64,000 bases of DNA from Polyangiaceae bacterium. GTDB taxonomy: Bacteria; Myxococcota_A; Polyangia; Polyangiales; Polyangiaceae. The DNA is taken from positions 16,760 to 80,759 of the forward strand of contig DASXHD010000111.1 of NCBI GenBank assembly GCA_036488725.1. The letters are read 5' to 3'. Positions 49,498 through 59,016 of the stretch are shown one piece after another. The notes beneath the pieces are model-generated. The model saw nothing but the letters and a program-made list of their open reading frames with translations, made no database searches and had not been told where the DNA came from. Position numbers and translations under genes: made by a program. The first letter of the stretch is position 1; every line of letters begins with the position of its first letter.

Positions 49498-50589
49498 ATG
49501 AACCGCCTCTTTAAAATCGCCGCCGCAGCTCTCTTCTTCTCCGTCCACGCGCTCGCCGCGCCCGACGCTGGAGCGCCGCCTGCTCCAGAGAAAGTCGCGG
49601 TGCTGCCGTTTTCGGGCGAGGCGCAGAAGAGCGATCTCGAGGCCGCGCGCACCGCGACGATGGGCGCGGTCATCTCGCGCGGCGAGCCGCTCGCGACCGA
49701 GTCGGAGCTCGTGACCGCCGAGACGGCCGCCGCGGGCGCGCCGAACGACACGAAGGCGCAGTACGTCGCCGCGGGAAAAGCGTCGAGCTCGAAGTGGGTC
49801 GTCGTCGGCCACGTGAAACCGAATCCCAGTGGGATTCATGGCTACCATCTCGAGGTCAAAGCGTGCCAAGTCGACACCGGGCGCGTCGAGTCGCTCGCGC
49901 GGAACATCGATCCGACGAAAGCGAACGCGCAAGTCGCCGAGATGCTCGCGCTCCTCTTGCGGCCCGAGGGAATCGCGAATGCGGACATTCCCTGGGAAAA
50001 CGAAATCCAGAAACCGCCGCCGCCGCCGCCCCCCCCTCCGCCGCCTCCGCCGCCGCCTCCTCCGCCGCCTCCGGCGCCGAAACCCGTCGTCCCGGAGCCG
50101 GACCGCGGTTACGGCATTCACGCGCCGTTCGCGATCGGCATCGGGCTCGGCGTCGACGGCGCGTTCGCGCATCCGTCGAGCGGCAACGGGCTCTCGACGT
50201 TCGCGTTCGAAGGGACGCTCACCGGCGAGTGGGCGCCGCTCTCGGCCGAGACGTATTCGAAGCTCCTCCGTGGGCTCGCGGTGCGCGTCGATTTGGGCGG
50301 AAACCTCTACGGTCCAGCTGCGGTGCTGCTCGACGCGGGCGCGCGCTGGGCGATCCCGATCGTGCCGAAGCTTCGCATCTTCGTCGGGCCCGAGATCGCG
50401 ATCGGCGGCTTCTTCGTGACGAGCGGCGATCACGAATCGCGCTTTCTGCTGCGGACCGACGCGTTCGCCGCGATGGGATTTGGCGAGCACGTCCAGCTCG
50501 AGCTCGCGTTCGACGTCCAGAGCGCGTTCGGCGGGAGCGGGGCCATCGTCGCCGGCGGGCCGATGCTCCGCGGGCTCGTCCGTTTCTGA
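49498..50589 (+). CDS. secreted protein with 21-residue polyproline tract and C-terminal beta-rich domain
   Basis: Signal peptide MNRLFKIAAAALFFSVHALA. P21-A-P run at about nt 50013-50084. The C-terminal 170 aa show alternating hydrophobic patterns suggestive of an outer-membrane beta-barrel. Confidence 0.6.
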   Translation: MNRLFKIAAAALFFSVHALAAPDAGAPPAPEKVAVLPFSGEAQKSDLEAARTATMGAVISRGEPLATESELVTAETAAAGAPNDTKAQYVAAGKASSSKWVVVGHVKPNPSGIHGYHLEVKACQVDTGRVESLARNIDPTKANAQVAEMLALLLRPEGIANADIPWENEIQKPPPPPPPPPPPPPPPPPPPPAPKPVVPEPDRGYGIHAPFAIGIGLGVDGAFAHPSSGNGLSTFAFEGTLTGEWAPLSAETYSKLLRGLAVRVDLGGNLYGPAAVLLDAGARWAIPIVPKLRIFVGPEIAIGGFFVTSGDHESRFLLRTDAFAAMGFGEHVQLELAFDVQSAFGGSGAIVAGGPMLRGLVRF

Positions 50590-50629
50590 CGGGCCGCGGA
50601 ACGCGCGGTTTGGAGTAGCCTCGTCGTTG

Positions 50630-51067
50630 GTGCATTTGAAGACGCGTCGCGACACCGAGCGGCTCGGACGCGCGATTGGCGCGCGCCTCGCTCCGGGCGA
50701 TCTCGTCGTGCTCTCGGGCGATCTCGGCGCCGGCAAGACCGCGCTCGCGGGCGGCATCGCGCGCGGCCTCGGCGTCGCGGAGGACGTCCTTGTCACGAGC
50801 CCGACGTTCGCGCTCGTTCAAGAATACGAGACGCCGCGCGGCACGCTGCTTCACGTCGATTTGCATCGGCTGCTCGGTGAGAACGCGCAGCGCGAAATCG
50901 AGCGCCTCGGGCTGCGCGAGCGTCGCGGTGAGGGCTGCATCCTCGTCGTCGAGTGGGGAAAGGACGCGATCGATTGGCTCGGCGGCGCGCCGGCGCTCGT
51001 CGTCGAGCTCGACGTGAAAGGGAGCGGTCGCGACGCGTCGCTCCGAGGACCGAAGGCGCCCACATGA
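50630..51067 (+). CDS. tsaE: tRNA threonylcarbamoyladenosine biosynthesis ATPase TsaE
   Basis: GDLGAGKTALAGGIARGLGV Walker A, SPTFALVQEYE and HVDLHRL TsaE/YjeE signatures. GTG 50630 (TTG 50627 alternative). Confidence 0.8.
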   Translation: MHLKTRRDTERLGRAIGARLAPGDLVVLSGDLGAGKTALAGGIARGLGVAEDVLVTSPTFALVQEYETPRGTLLHVDLHRLLGENAQREIERLGLRERRGEGCILVVEWGKDAIDWLGGAPALVVELDVKGSGRDASLRGPKAPT

Positions 51068-53406
51068 ACGACGACGTCGCGCGCGCGCGACCTTATGCGT
51101 TCCTCGTGATCGCGTGCTTGGCGGTCGCGGTGCTGATTCACGCGATGCATCGGTGCGGCGACGTACGCGCGCGAGCTGCGCCGAGCGTCACGCTCGAGTC
51201 CAAGCACACGCACTTCACGCTCTTTCGCGACGGGCGCATTCGCATCGCCACGAGTGACGGCGCGCGCACGTTCGACGGCGAGCTCATCGCGGCGTCGGAC
51301 GACGGCGTCTCGCCGCTCGCGCTCGCCGATCTCGAGAGCGACGGCCTCACGCGCGCGCATGCTCGCACGGGCGGCGCGTCGGAGGTGACGTTCACGGTCG
51401 ACGCGGCGCGCGACGCGCTCGACGTCGCGATTCGAGCGCAGGCGGATGCGGGCACGGGGATGAGCGACGAAGACGCCGGCGAGCCCGCGGCGTCGGTCGG
51501 AATTCGGATTCCCACCGAAGGGCGCGACGTTTTTCTCGCCGGTCGCGGTGAGCTCGCCGACGTCGTGAGCGACACGGGAAAATTCGCGGTGCTCTCGGAC
51601 GCGACGCACCCGATCGGCGTCGTCGCGGGCGGCAATCCGATCACGGTCGCGGTCGCGCCGTCGGCCGAGGACGCGCACATGCTCGAGATGCGCGCGACGG
51701 TTCCGATCGGCGACGCGCGATTCACGCTCGCTGTCGCGAACGCGCGTCGCGGCGGACCGTGGCCGGTGCTCTTCGATCGCGCGCACGTCGAGACCAAGCG
51801 CGTCAAAGGTTTCGTCACCGGCGCGCCCGGCGCGACGCGCGTCATCGGCCTCGACGATCAAGGCGCGCAGCAAATGGTCGTCGGCACCGACGTCGCGGGG
51901 CGCTTCGACTTTCGCGCGCCGCCGAGCGTCACGAGCTGGTATGCGAGCGCGAGCGCGACGCGCACGAGCGCGCCGGTCATTCATCCGCCGGGCACCGCGT
52001 GGGATCTCAAGCTCGACGTCTCCGACGGCGGCGAGCTCCACGTGCGCGCGCTCGACGCCGACACGAAAGAGCCGATCACCGCGCGCCTGCTCGTGCACGG
52101 CCTCGACGGCACGCTCGACCCGAGCTTCGGACCCGACTACCGCGCGTCGGGCGCCGGCCCGATCATCGACGCGCTCCACGGCGACGTCACGACGCCGCTC
52201 CCCGCCGGAAAATACCGAGTCTCGGTGACCAAGGGCATCGAGTGGAGCATCGACTCGCGCGTCGTCGAGATCGATCCAGGCAAGCGCGTCGACCTCGAGC
52301 TCTCGCCGCGACACGTCGTTCCGACGCCCGACGAAATTGCATGCGATCTACACGTACACGCGCGGCCGAGCTTCGACTCGCCGGTCTCGCCCGAAGATCG
52401 CGTGCTCTCGCTCGTCGCCGCGGGGATCGACTTCGCGGTGCCGACCGAGCACAACCTCGTCGGCGATTACGGCCCGTCGCTCGCGACGCTCGGTCTCGAG
52501 GGCGACATGATGTTCGTGCCCGGCGTCGAGATCACGACGTACTCGCCGCGCTTCGGGCACTTCGGAATTTTTCCGTATCCGATCGGCAAGCCGCCGCCGC
52601 CGTTCAAGCACACCGACATCGGTCACGTGTTCGCCGGCGCGCGCGCGGGCGACGCCGACCGCGTGCTCGTCGTGCATCACCCGCGGCTCGCGCGCGACAT
52701 CGGATATTTTTCGGCGTTCGGCTGGAAACCGGGCACGCCGCCGCCCGCGCGCATGCGACTCGACTTCGACGCGATCGAAGTCTTCAACGGTTACGAGAGC
52801 GCGTCGATCGAACGCGTCGAGGCGGTGCTTCACGATTATTGGGCGCTCCTCGATCTCGGTCATCGCTACGCGGCGACCGGGAGCAGCGATTCGCATCGCA
52901 TCCAATATCAATGGGCCGGTTATCCGCGGACGATGGTGCGCGTCGACGGAAGAGACACGCACGCGATCGTCGCGGCGATCAAAGCTGGGCACGCGACGGT
53001 CACGACCGGACCGATCGTCGAGCTCGAGCTCGAAGGGGTCGGGCCTGGCGGCGACGTCGCGACCTCGGCGCCCGTGCTGTCCGGCCATTTGGTCGTACGC
53101 GCCGCGCCGTGGGTCGACGTGACGTCGGCGGAGATCGTCGTCGGCGATCGCGGCGCCGCGTCGCCCGCGCGCGTCGTTCAGACGATCGACATCGCATCGC
53201 GACCGGCGGTGACCGGCCCCGAAACCGGAGCGCTCGAAGAAGCTCAAGCACGCACGGTCCGGCTCGACACGGACATCAAAGTCGCCGTCGGCGACGGTCC
53301 CTGGGTGATGGTCATCGTCCGCGGCAAGCGGACGCTCGAGGACATCTTGCCCTTCATGCCGATTCAGCCGTTCGCGGTCACCAATCCGATCTTCATCCAC
53401 AAATGA
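51064..53406 (+). CDS. CehA/McbA-like PHP-domain metallohydrolase with large N-terminal extracytoplasmic domain
   Basis: ATG overlaps the tsaE stop (ATGA). N-terminal TM/signal-anchor (AFLVIACLAVAVLIHA). C-terminal PHP-type motifs (ACDLHVHARPSFDS, AVPTEHN, HHPR, SDSH). Confidence 0.65.
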   Translation: MNDDVARARPYAFLVIACLAVAVLIHAMHRCGDVRARAAPSVTLESKHTHFTLFRDGRIRIATSDGARTFDGELIAASDDGVSPLALADLESDGLTRAHARTGGASEVTFTVDAARDALDVAIRAQADAGTGMSDEDAGEPAASVGIRIPTEGRDVFLAGRGELADVVSDTGKFAVLSDATHPIGVVAGGNPITVAVAPSAEDAHMLEMRATVPIGDARFTLAVANARRGGPWPVLFDRAHVETKRVKGFVTGAPGATRVIGLDDQGAQQMVVGTDVAGRFDFRAPPSVTSWYASASATRTSAPVIHPPGTAWDLKLDVSDGGELHVRALDADTKEPITARLLVHGLDGTLDPSFGPDYRASGAGPIIDALHGDVTTPLPAGKYRVSVTKGIEWSIDSRVVEIDPGKRVDLELSPRHVVPTPDEIACDLHVHARPSFDSPVSPEDRVLSLVAAGIDFAVPTEHNLVGDYGPSLATLGLEGDMMFVPGVEITTYSPRFGHFGIFPYPIGKPPPPFKHTDIGHVFAGARAGDADRVLVVHHPRLARDIGYFSAFGWKPGTPPPARMRLDFDAIEVFNGYESASIERVEAVLHDYWALLDLGHRYAATGSSDSHRIQYQWAGYPRTMVRVDGRDTHAIVAAIKAGHATVTTGPIVELELEGVGPGGDVATSAPVLSGHLVVRAAPWVDVTSAEIVVGDRGAASPARVVQTIDIASRPAVTGPETGALEEAQARTVRLDTDIKVAVGDGPWVMVIVRGKRTLEDILPFMPIQPFAVTNPIFIHK

Positions 53407-53557
53407 AGTACGCGCATGTACGCGCGTGTGGCTCGCCGAATTGGGATTCGATGATACGCTTCAATGTGACGTTGCCATGACGCGCGCAACGGGTTACTTC
53501 GGCTCGCACCGTGTTGTGGGGGTTTCTACTGCAACCGATTGAAACGAGGACGGCGCC

Positions 53558-56500
53558 TTGAGCGCGGCGTTCGGACGATATCGTTTGCTCGAGCGCCTCG
53601 GCCAAGGCGGGATGGCCGAAGTCTTCAAAGCAAAGAGCTTCGGCGTCGAGGGCTTCGAAAAAGTTCTCGTCATCAAACGCATCTTGCCCGAGCTCGCGCG
53701 GAGCCAGCAGTTCGTCGACATGTTCATCCACGAGGCGAAGCTCGCGGTGCGGCTCTCGCACGCGAACATCGTTCAAGTGTTCGACCTCGGCATCGCGCCG
53801 GTGACCGACGAAAAAGGCGTGAAGCTCCCCGACGCCTACTTCATGGCGATGGAGTTCGTGCACGGGCTCGACCTCGCGACGCTCCTCGCGCGTTGTCGCC
53901 GGCAGCAGAAGGCGATCCCGGTCGAGCTCGCGGTGTTCGTTTGCGCCGAGGTGGCCAAAGGCTTGGATCACGCGCATCGGCGGCGCGACGAGCAGCTGAA
54001 GCCGCTCGGCATCGTGCACTGCGACGTGTCGCCGCAAAACGTTTTGCTCTCGTACGAAGGCGAGGTGAAGGTCACCGACTTCGGCATCGCGAAGGCGCGC
54101 GGCGCGCTCGAGCAAAACATGGAGGACACGCGCGCGCGGCAGCTCCACGGCAAATTCGGATACATGTCGCCCGAGCAAGCGCGCGGCGAGCCGGTCGACG
54201 CGCGGAGCGATATTTTTTCGCTCGGCGTGGTTTTGTACGAGCTCATCGCGGGCGTGAATCCGTTCAGCGCGCCGACGACGTTCGAGACGCTCAGGCGCGT
54301 GCAGGCTTGCGAGTATCCGCCGGTCGAGCTCTTGCGGCCGGACGTGGCGGGCGAGCTCGTGAAGATTCTGAAGACCGCGCTCGCGAAGGATCCCAAAGAT
54401 CGTTATTCGGACGCGGGACGATTTTACGAATCGCTCCTCGCGTTTTTGTATTCGGCGGGCGCGCGGTATTCGGCGAACGATTTGAGCGAGTTTCTCGCGC
54501 GGTTCGCGCAGCGGGAAGAGACGCCGTCGTCGGCCGCGCCTTCGCTCGGCGACGCGGCGCTCGAGAGCGAGACGGCGCACGCGCAAGAGCGCACGCCGGT
54601 CGAAGTGCCGCCGTCGCGCACGGTCTCGGGCAGCATGGCGCGCGTCGATACGCCGGCGACGAGCGCGCGGTTCGTCGACGTGGAGCGCGCGGCGGGCGTC
54701 GGCGAGCGGCGCGAAGTGACCGCGCTCTACATCGAGCTGCCGCGAGGCGTCGAGACGAGCGCGGTCGCGACTGCTTCGCAGATCGTCGAGCGTTACGGCG
54801 GCTCGGTCGTGCGGCGCGAGAACGATCAGCTCGCGGCGCTCTTCGGGCTCGGCGATCCGGACGGGCGCGACACCGAGGTCGCGACGCGCTCGGCGCTCGT
54901 CGCGCTGCGCGCGCTCACGGGACCTGCCGCACGCGCGAGCGCGGGCATCCACACCGGGCGCATCCACGTGACCGCCGTGGGCTTGCCGACCGACGACGAG
55001 CGACTCGGCAGCTTGATCGCCGCGGCGCGCGATCTCGCGCGCGCGCGCGAGGGGCGCATCGCGATTTCGGGGACGGCCGTTCGGCTCGTGAAGGGCCTCT
55101 TCACGTTCGAGCCGATCACGCAAGAGGGCGGTCAGAATTTGACGCCCCTCCTCGCCGGATCGTTCGTCAAAGACGTGCGCGGCGCGAACGAAGCGTTCGG
55201 ACGATTCGTGGGACGCAAAGAGGAGCTCCGCAAAATCGGCGAAGTGCTCGCGTCGGCGACGCGGCGGCAAGCGCGCGTGCTCACGATTCGCGGCGCGCAC
55301 GGCGTCGGCAAGACGCGCCTGCTCGTCGAGGTCGAGCGGCGCCTCAACAAAGGCAACTACAACGTCGGCTTCTACATCGCGAGCTGTCCGCCGCGCGGGC
55401 GCGAGTATCCGCTCTCGGGCATCCTCTCGATGCTCCAGGTGCTCTGCGGCGTGGGCGAGGCGGATCCGCCGGAGCGCATCGCGTCGGTGCAGCCGCGGCT
55501 TCGCGCGCTCGGGCTCCACGACGAAGAGGTCGGCGCCGTGTTGACCGCGCTCGGCGCGAGCGTGCCGACGTATTCGGGGAGCAACGCGAAGAGCTCGCTG
55601 CGCTCGGCGCTCTCGCGCATGGTGATGAGCTTGTGCGAGGACAAGCCGCACACGTTCGCGTGGGACAACGCGCACAACATGGACGAGGACAGCTTTTCGA
55701 TCCTCTCGTCGGCGTTCGAACGGCTCGCGCACGCGCGCGTCGTCTTCGCGTTCACGGCGCGTGAAGGGTTCTCGCATCCGCTCGAAAAGGGCTCGGCGCA
55801 CGTCTCGATCGATTTGACCGATTTGAAGTCGGCCGAGGACGTGAGCCGGCTCGTCGCGCTGCGGCTCGGCACGCAAACGGCGCCCGACGAGCTCGTTCGG
55901 TTCGTGCGCGAGCGCGCGGGCGGACATCCGCTCTTCGTCGAAGAGATCATCAAAGGTTTGCTCGACGCGGACGCGGTGAGCGTGGCGGAAGGTCGCGTCG
56001 TCGCGATGCGATTGCTCGGGCAAGAGCTCGCGCTTCCGAAGACGCTGCGAGGGCTCGTGGCGTCGCGCATCGCGCGCCTCGAGGCCATGGCGAAGACGAC
56101 GCTGCAAGCCGCGGCGGTGCTCGGCGATCCGATCGACTCGGCGGTGCTCGCGCGGATGCTCAATCAACCGCTCGCGACGCTCGAAAAGTCGCTCTCGGCG
56201 CTCAAATCGGCCGAGCTCCTCGCGCACGCGAGCGCGTCGGAGCTGCACTTCACGTCGCCGATCATGCGTGAGGTCGTGGTCGATGCGCTCCCGCAAGACG
56301 CCGCGCGCGACATGCACGCCGCGGCGGGCGTCGCGCTCGAGCAAGAGCTCGGCGAGCGCTCGTGGGAGCAAGCGGCGCGCATCGCGATGCATTTTTACGA
56401 GTCCGGAGATCGCGAGCTCGCGGCCACGTATTTCGCGAAGAGCGGCGAGCGGCGGCTCGAAGCGCGACAGCTCGAAGCCGCGGTGCGCGACTACGCGCGG

Positions 56501-57532
56501 GCGATCGAGCTCTGCGACATGGCGCGGCGCGATCCGCGCGAGCTCGCGGGCTGGCTCGATGCGCTCGCGACCGGCGTGCGTCTCGTGCGGTCGGCACCCG
56601 AGGCCGAGGACACGTGCGCGCGCGTGATCGCGCGGCTCGACAAAGAGGGCGACCCCGAGCTCCGCGTGCGGACGCGCGTCGCGGCGGCGCGGCTCCTCGT
56701 CGCGCTCCACAAGTTCGACGCGGCGACGCCGCACTTGGCCGAGGCCGAGCGCATCGCGGGCGGGCGCGCCGAATTGATGAAGATCGTTCTCGTCGCTTCG
56801 GCGGAGCTCGCCGGGCGGCGCGGCGATTTCAATCGCTCGCTCGAGCTTCTCACGCGGATGCAAAAGCTGGCGACCGCCGAAGGCGACAAGCAAGAGGAGC
56901 ACAAGATCCTGACGAACCTCGCGCAAGCACACGCGGCGCTCGGCGATCGCGCCGCGGCGATGCAAGCGCTCGAACGCGCCGAGCAGCTCTTGCCGGACGA
57001 CAGCGCGGCGGCGTGCGAACGCCAAAAGCTGCGCGGCCTCGTGCATTTCTTCTTGCGCGATTTTCGGCGCGCCGCGGGCGAGATCGAAAAAGCGATCGAC
57101 GTCGCGCGTTCGCTCGGCCTCACGTACGAGGTCGGCGTCAACTTGCACAACCTCGGCGACGTCTTGATTCGTCTCGACGATTACGCGCGCGCGTACGGCG
57201 CGCTCCAGCAGTCGCTCGCGCTGTGCGACGAGTACGCGTTCGAGCGCCTCGCGACGCACAACCGCATGCTGCTCGCGTATCTCGCCGGGTACAAAGGCGA
57301 TCCCGAGGGCGACAAGCAGCTCGATCAGGGCATCTCGTACGCGGAGGCGAACGAGTTTTGGTGGGACGTCATCAGCGGGCGACTCTTGCGGGCGCTCTTG
57401 CTTCGCCGGCGCGGAAAGCACGAGGAGGCGAAGCACGCGTTCCACGCGCTGAGGGCGCTCGCGAAGACGAACGGGCACCGGATGGTCGTGGATGACTGCG
57501 ACGCGGCGCTGGGGGAATACGCGAAAGAGTGA
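53558..57532 (+). CDS. multidomain Ser/Thr protein kinase with cyclase-homology-like, AAA+/STAND ATPase and TPR regions (1324 aa)
   Basis: N-terminal Hanks kinase (GQGGMAEVF, VIKRIL, HCDVSPQNVLL, DFGIAKA, GKFGYMSPEQ). Central region resembling a class III cyclase-like domain (VTALYIELPRG...AGIHTGRIHV). P-loop GAHGVGKTRLL. C-terminal TPR-like helical repeats. The 1361-aa antisense ORF 53393..57478 is rejected. Confidence 0.85.
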   Translation: MSAAFGRYRLLERLGQGGMAEVFKAKSFGVEGFEKVLVIKRILPELARSQQFVDMFIHEAKLAVRLSHANIVQVFDLGIAPVTDEKGVKLPDAYFMAMEFVHGLDLATLLARCRRQQKAIPVELAVFVCAEVAKGLDHAHRRRDEQLKPLGIVHCDVSPQNVLLSYEGEVKVTDFGIAKARGALEQNMEDTRARQLHGKFGYMSPEQARGEPVDARSDIFSLGVVLYELIAGVNPFSAPTTFETLRRVQACEYPPVELLRPDVAGELVKILKTALAKDPKDRYSDAGRFYESLLAFLYSAGARYSANDLSEFLARFAQREETPSSAAPSLGDAALESETAHAQERTPVEVPPSRTVSGSMARVDTPATSARFVDVERAAGVGERREVTALYIELPRGVETSAVATASQIVERYGGSVVRRENDQLAALFGLGDPDGRDTEVATRSALVALRALTGPAARASAGIHTGRIHVTAVGLPTDDERLGSLIAAARDLARAREGRIAISGTAVRLVKGLFTFEPITQEGGQNLTPLLAGSFVKDVRGANEAFGRFVGRKEELRKIGEVLASATRRQARVLTIRGAHGVGKTRLLVEVERRLNKGNYNVGFYIASCPPRGREYPLSGILSMLQVLCGVGEADPPERIASVQPRLRALGLHDEEVGAVLTALGASVPTYSGSNAKSSLRSALSRMVMSLCEDKPHTFAWDNAHNMDEDSFSILSSAFERLAHARVVFAFTAREGFSHPLEKGSAHVSIDLTDLKSAEDVSRLVALRLGTQTAPDELVRFVRERAGGHPLFVEEIIKGLLDADAVSVAEGRVVAMRLLGQELALPKTLRGLVASRIARLEAMAKTTLQAAAVLGDPIDSAVLARMLNQPLATLEKSLSALKSAELLAHASASELHFTSPIMREVVVDALPQDAARDMHAAAGVALEQELGERSWEQAARIAMHFYESGDRELAATYFAKSGERRLEARQLEAAVRDYARAIELCDMARRDPRELAGWLDALATGVRLVRSAPEAEDTCARVIARLDKEGDPELRVRTRVAAARLLVALHKFDAATPHLAEAERIAGGRAELMKIVLVASAELAGRRGDFNRSLELLTRMQKLATAEGDKQEEHKILTNLAQAHAALGDRAAAMQALERAEQLLPDDSAAACERQKLRGLVHFFLRDFRRAAGEIEKAIDVARSLGLTYEVGVNLHNLGDVLIRLDDYARAYGALQQSLALCDEYAFERLATHNRMLLAYLAGYKGDPEGDKQLDQGISYAEANEFWWDVISGRLLRALLLRRRGKHEEAKHAFHALRALAKTNGHRMVVDDCDAALGEYAKE

Positions 57533-57609
57533 CGGAGACCGAGACCGCCACGGTTACGGAAACGGGCACGACTTGCGGGAATCCCCAACCGGCGGCATAC
57601 GTACAATCC

Positions 57610-59016
57610 ATGGCGATGGTGCGCCGACTCCTCTTCGCGCTCGCTCTCGGCGCGATGGCGTGCGAAGCGCCCGTTTTGGGGCGGGACGGCACGCTCACGT
57701 TCCCCCAGAGTGGGGCGCACGGCGCCGCGGTGATGACCGCGAACGGGATCGTTTTTCGCGATCGCATGGATGTGCCGCAACGCATCGTGCGCAAAACGGT
57801 CGACGAGCCGTGGCGCGCGCCGGTCGGGTTCATTTTGCCGAAGGACGGGCGGTTCACCGAGACGAGCCGACCCACCGTGGTCGCCATGCCTGGGCTCGGG
57901 TTCGCGCTGCGGCCGAGCGATTCGCGCGTGCCCTCGTGGGGCGGCGAGGTGCTCGTGCGCGTGGACGTGATGTCGCCGGCGGCGCAAGGGACGGCGCGAC
58001 CGGGCGAGAGCATCGCGATCGTGCTCGACGGGTCGGGCATCGATTCGATCGTCCTCGCCGAGGACGTCATCGCACAGACCGGATCGTACGATCGCATCGC
58101 GGTCGTCGACGCGACCGACGCGAAGGTCGTCGTCCCGCTCATTCCGGCAAATCACAAGTCGCTCGCCGAGGCCGCGATCGAGAAACGCCTCCGCACGACG
58201 GCGCGCACGCATCGCGATCTCGCGGGCGCGCTTCGCGTCGCGCGCGAGACCATCGGCGTCGGACCGCAGCGGCGCATCGTCGTCTTGAGCGACGACGAAG
58301 TGAAACCGTCGCAAGCGGCGATCGACGAGTCCGGCGTGCTCGCGCGCGGCGGCGTGCCGGTGAGCGTCGTCGCGACGCGCACGGGCGTGAGCGGCGACGA
58401 CGCGATGGCGATCGCGCAGAGCGGCGTCATCGACATCGCCGACGATTTGAAGGCGCGCGAAAAGGCCATCGTGCAAGCGGCGCCGCCCGCGGGTGACGTC
58501 GTTTTTCGCGACGTCGCGCTGACCTTTTCCGGCAATCCGGCGCCGTCGCACGTGCTCGAGACGTCCGGTGGAGGCGTTCGCTGGCGCGTCGATTCGGGCG
58601 AGCTCTTGCTCGGCGACGTGATCGCGGGCGAAGCGCGCACGGAGGTCGTGCGCGTGACCGTGCCGCCGTGGGTTCCGGGCTCGGCGTTCACGTTCACCGT
58701 CACCGCTCACGCGAAGGACGCGAAGACCGGCGCCGCGCGCACGTTCTCGGCGACCATCCCGTGCACGTACGACGACGACATCGAACGGATCGCCGAGTCG
58801 CGTTACGGCGACGTCATCGCGTATGCGTCGGCGCTCGCGACGCTCCAGCGGCTCGATGCGGCGTTCGTCGGCGACGACGTGCGGCGTGCGGGCGGCTTAT
58901 GGAAGCTCGCGTGGCTCCACGCGCAGTCGATGACGCTCCTCGCGCGCGACACGCACGACCGCGCCATCACCGAGCAGGCGGAGACCCTGCGAGCGCTTCT
59001 CCTCGCGACGCGCTGA
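57610..59016 (+). CDS. secreted VWA-like domain protein (hypothetical)
   Basis: MAMVRRLLFALALGAMACEA signal peptide. VWA-like core (ESIAIVLDGSGIDS ... RRIVVLSDDEV). Follows the kinase stop by 78 nt. Confidence 0.55.
   Translation: MAMVRRLLFALALGAMACEAPVLGRDGTLTFPQSGAHGAAVMTANGIVFRDRMDVPQRIVRKTVDEPWRAPVGFILPKDGRFTETSRPTVVAMPGLGFALRPSDSRVPSWGGEVLVRVDVMSPAAQGTARPGESIAIVLDGSGIDSIVLAEDVIAQTGSYDRIAVVDATDAKVVVPLIPANHKSLAEAAIEKRLRTTARTHRDLAGALRVARETIGVGPQRRIVVLSDDEVKPSQAAIDESGVLARGGVPVSVVATRTGVSGDDAMAIAQSGVIDIADDLKAREKAIVQAAPPAGDVVFRDVALTFSGNPAPSHVLETSGGGVRWRVDSGELLLGDVIAGEARTEVVRVTVPPWVPGSAFTFTVTAHAKDAKTGAARTFSATIPCTYDDDIERIAESRYGDVIAYASALATLQRLDAAFVGDDVRRAGGLWKLAWLHAQSMTLLARDTHDRAITEQAETLRALLLATR

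Noticed and set aside
53393-57478. 1361-aa minus-strand ORF
   Set aside because: Fully antisense to the well-supported kinase-STAND gene. R/A/E/L junk composition.
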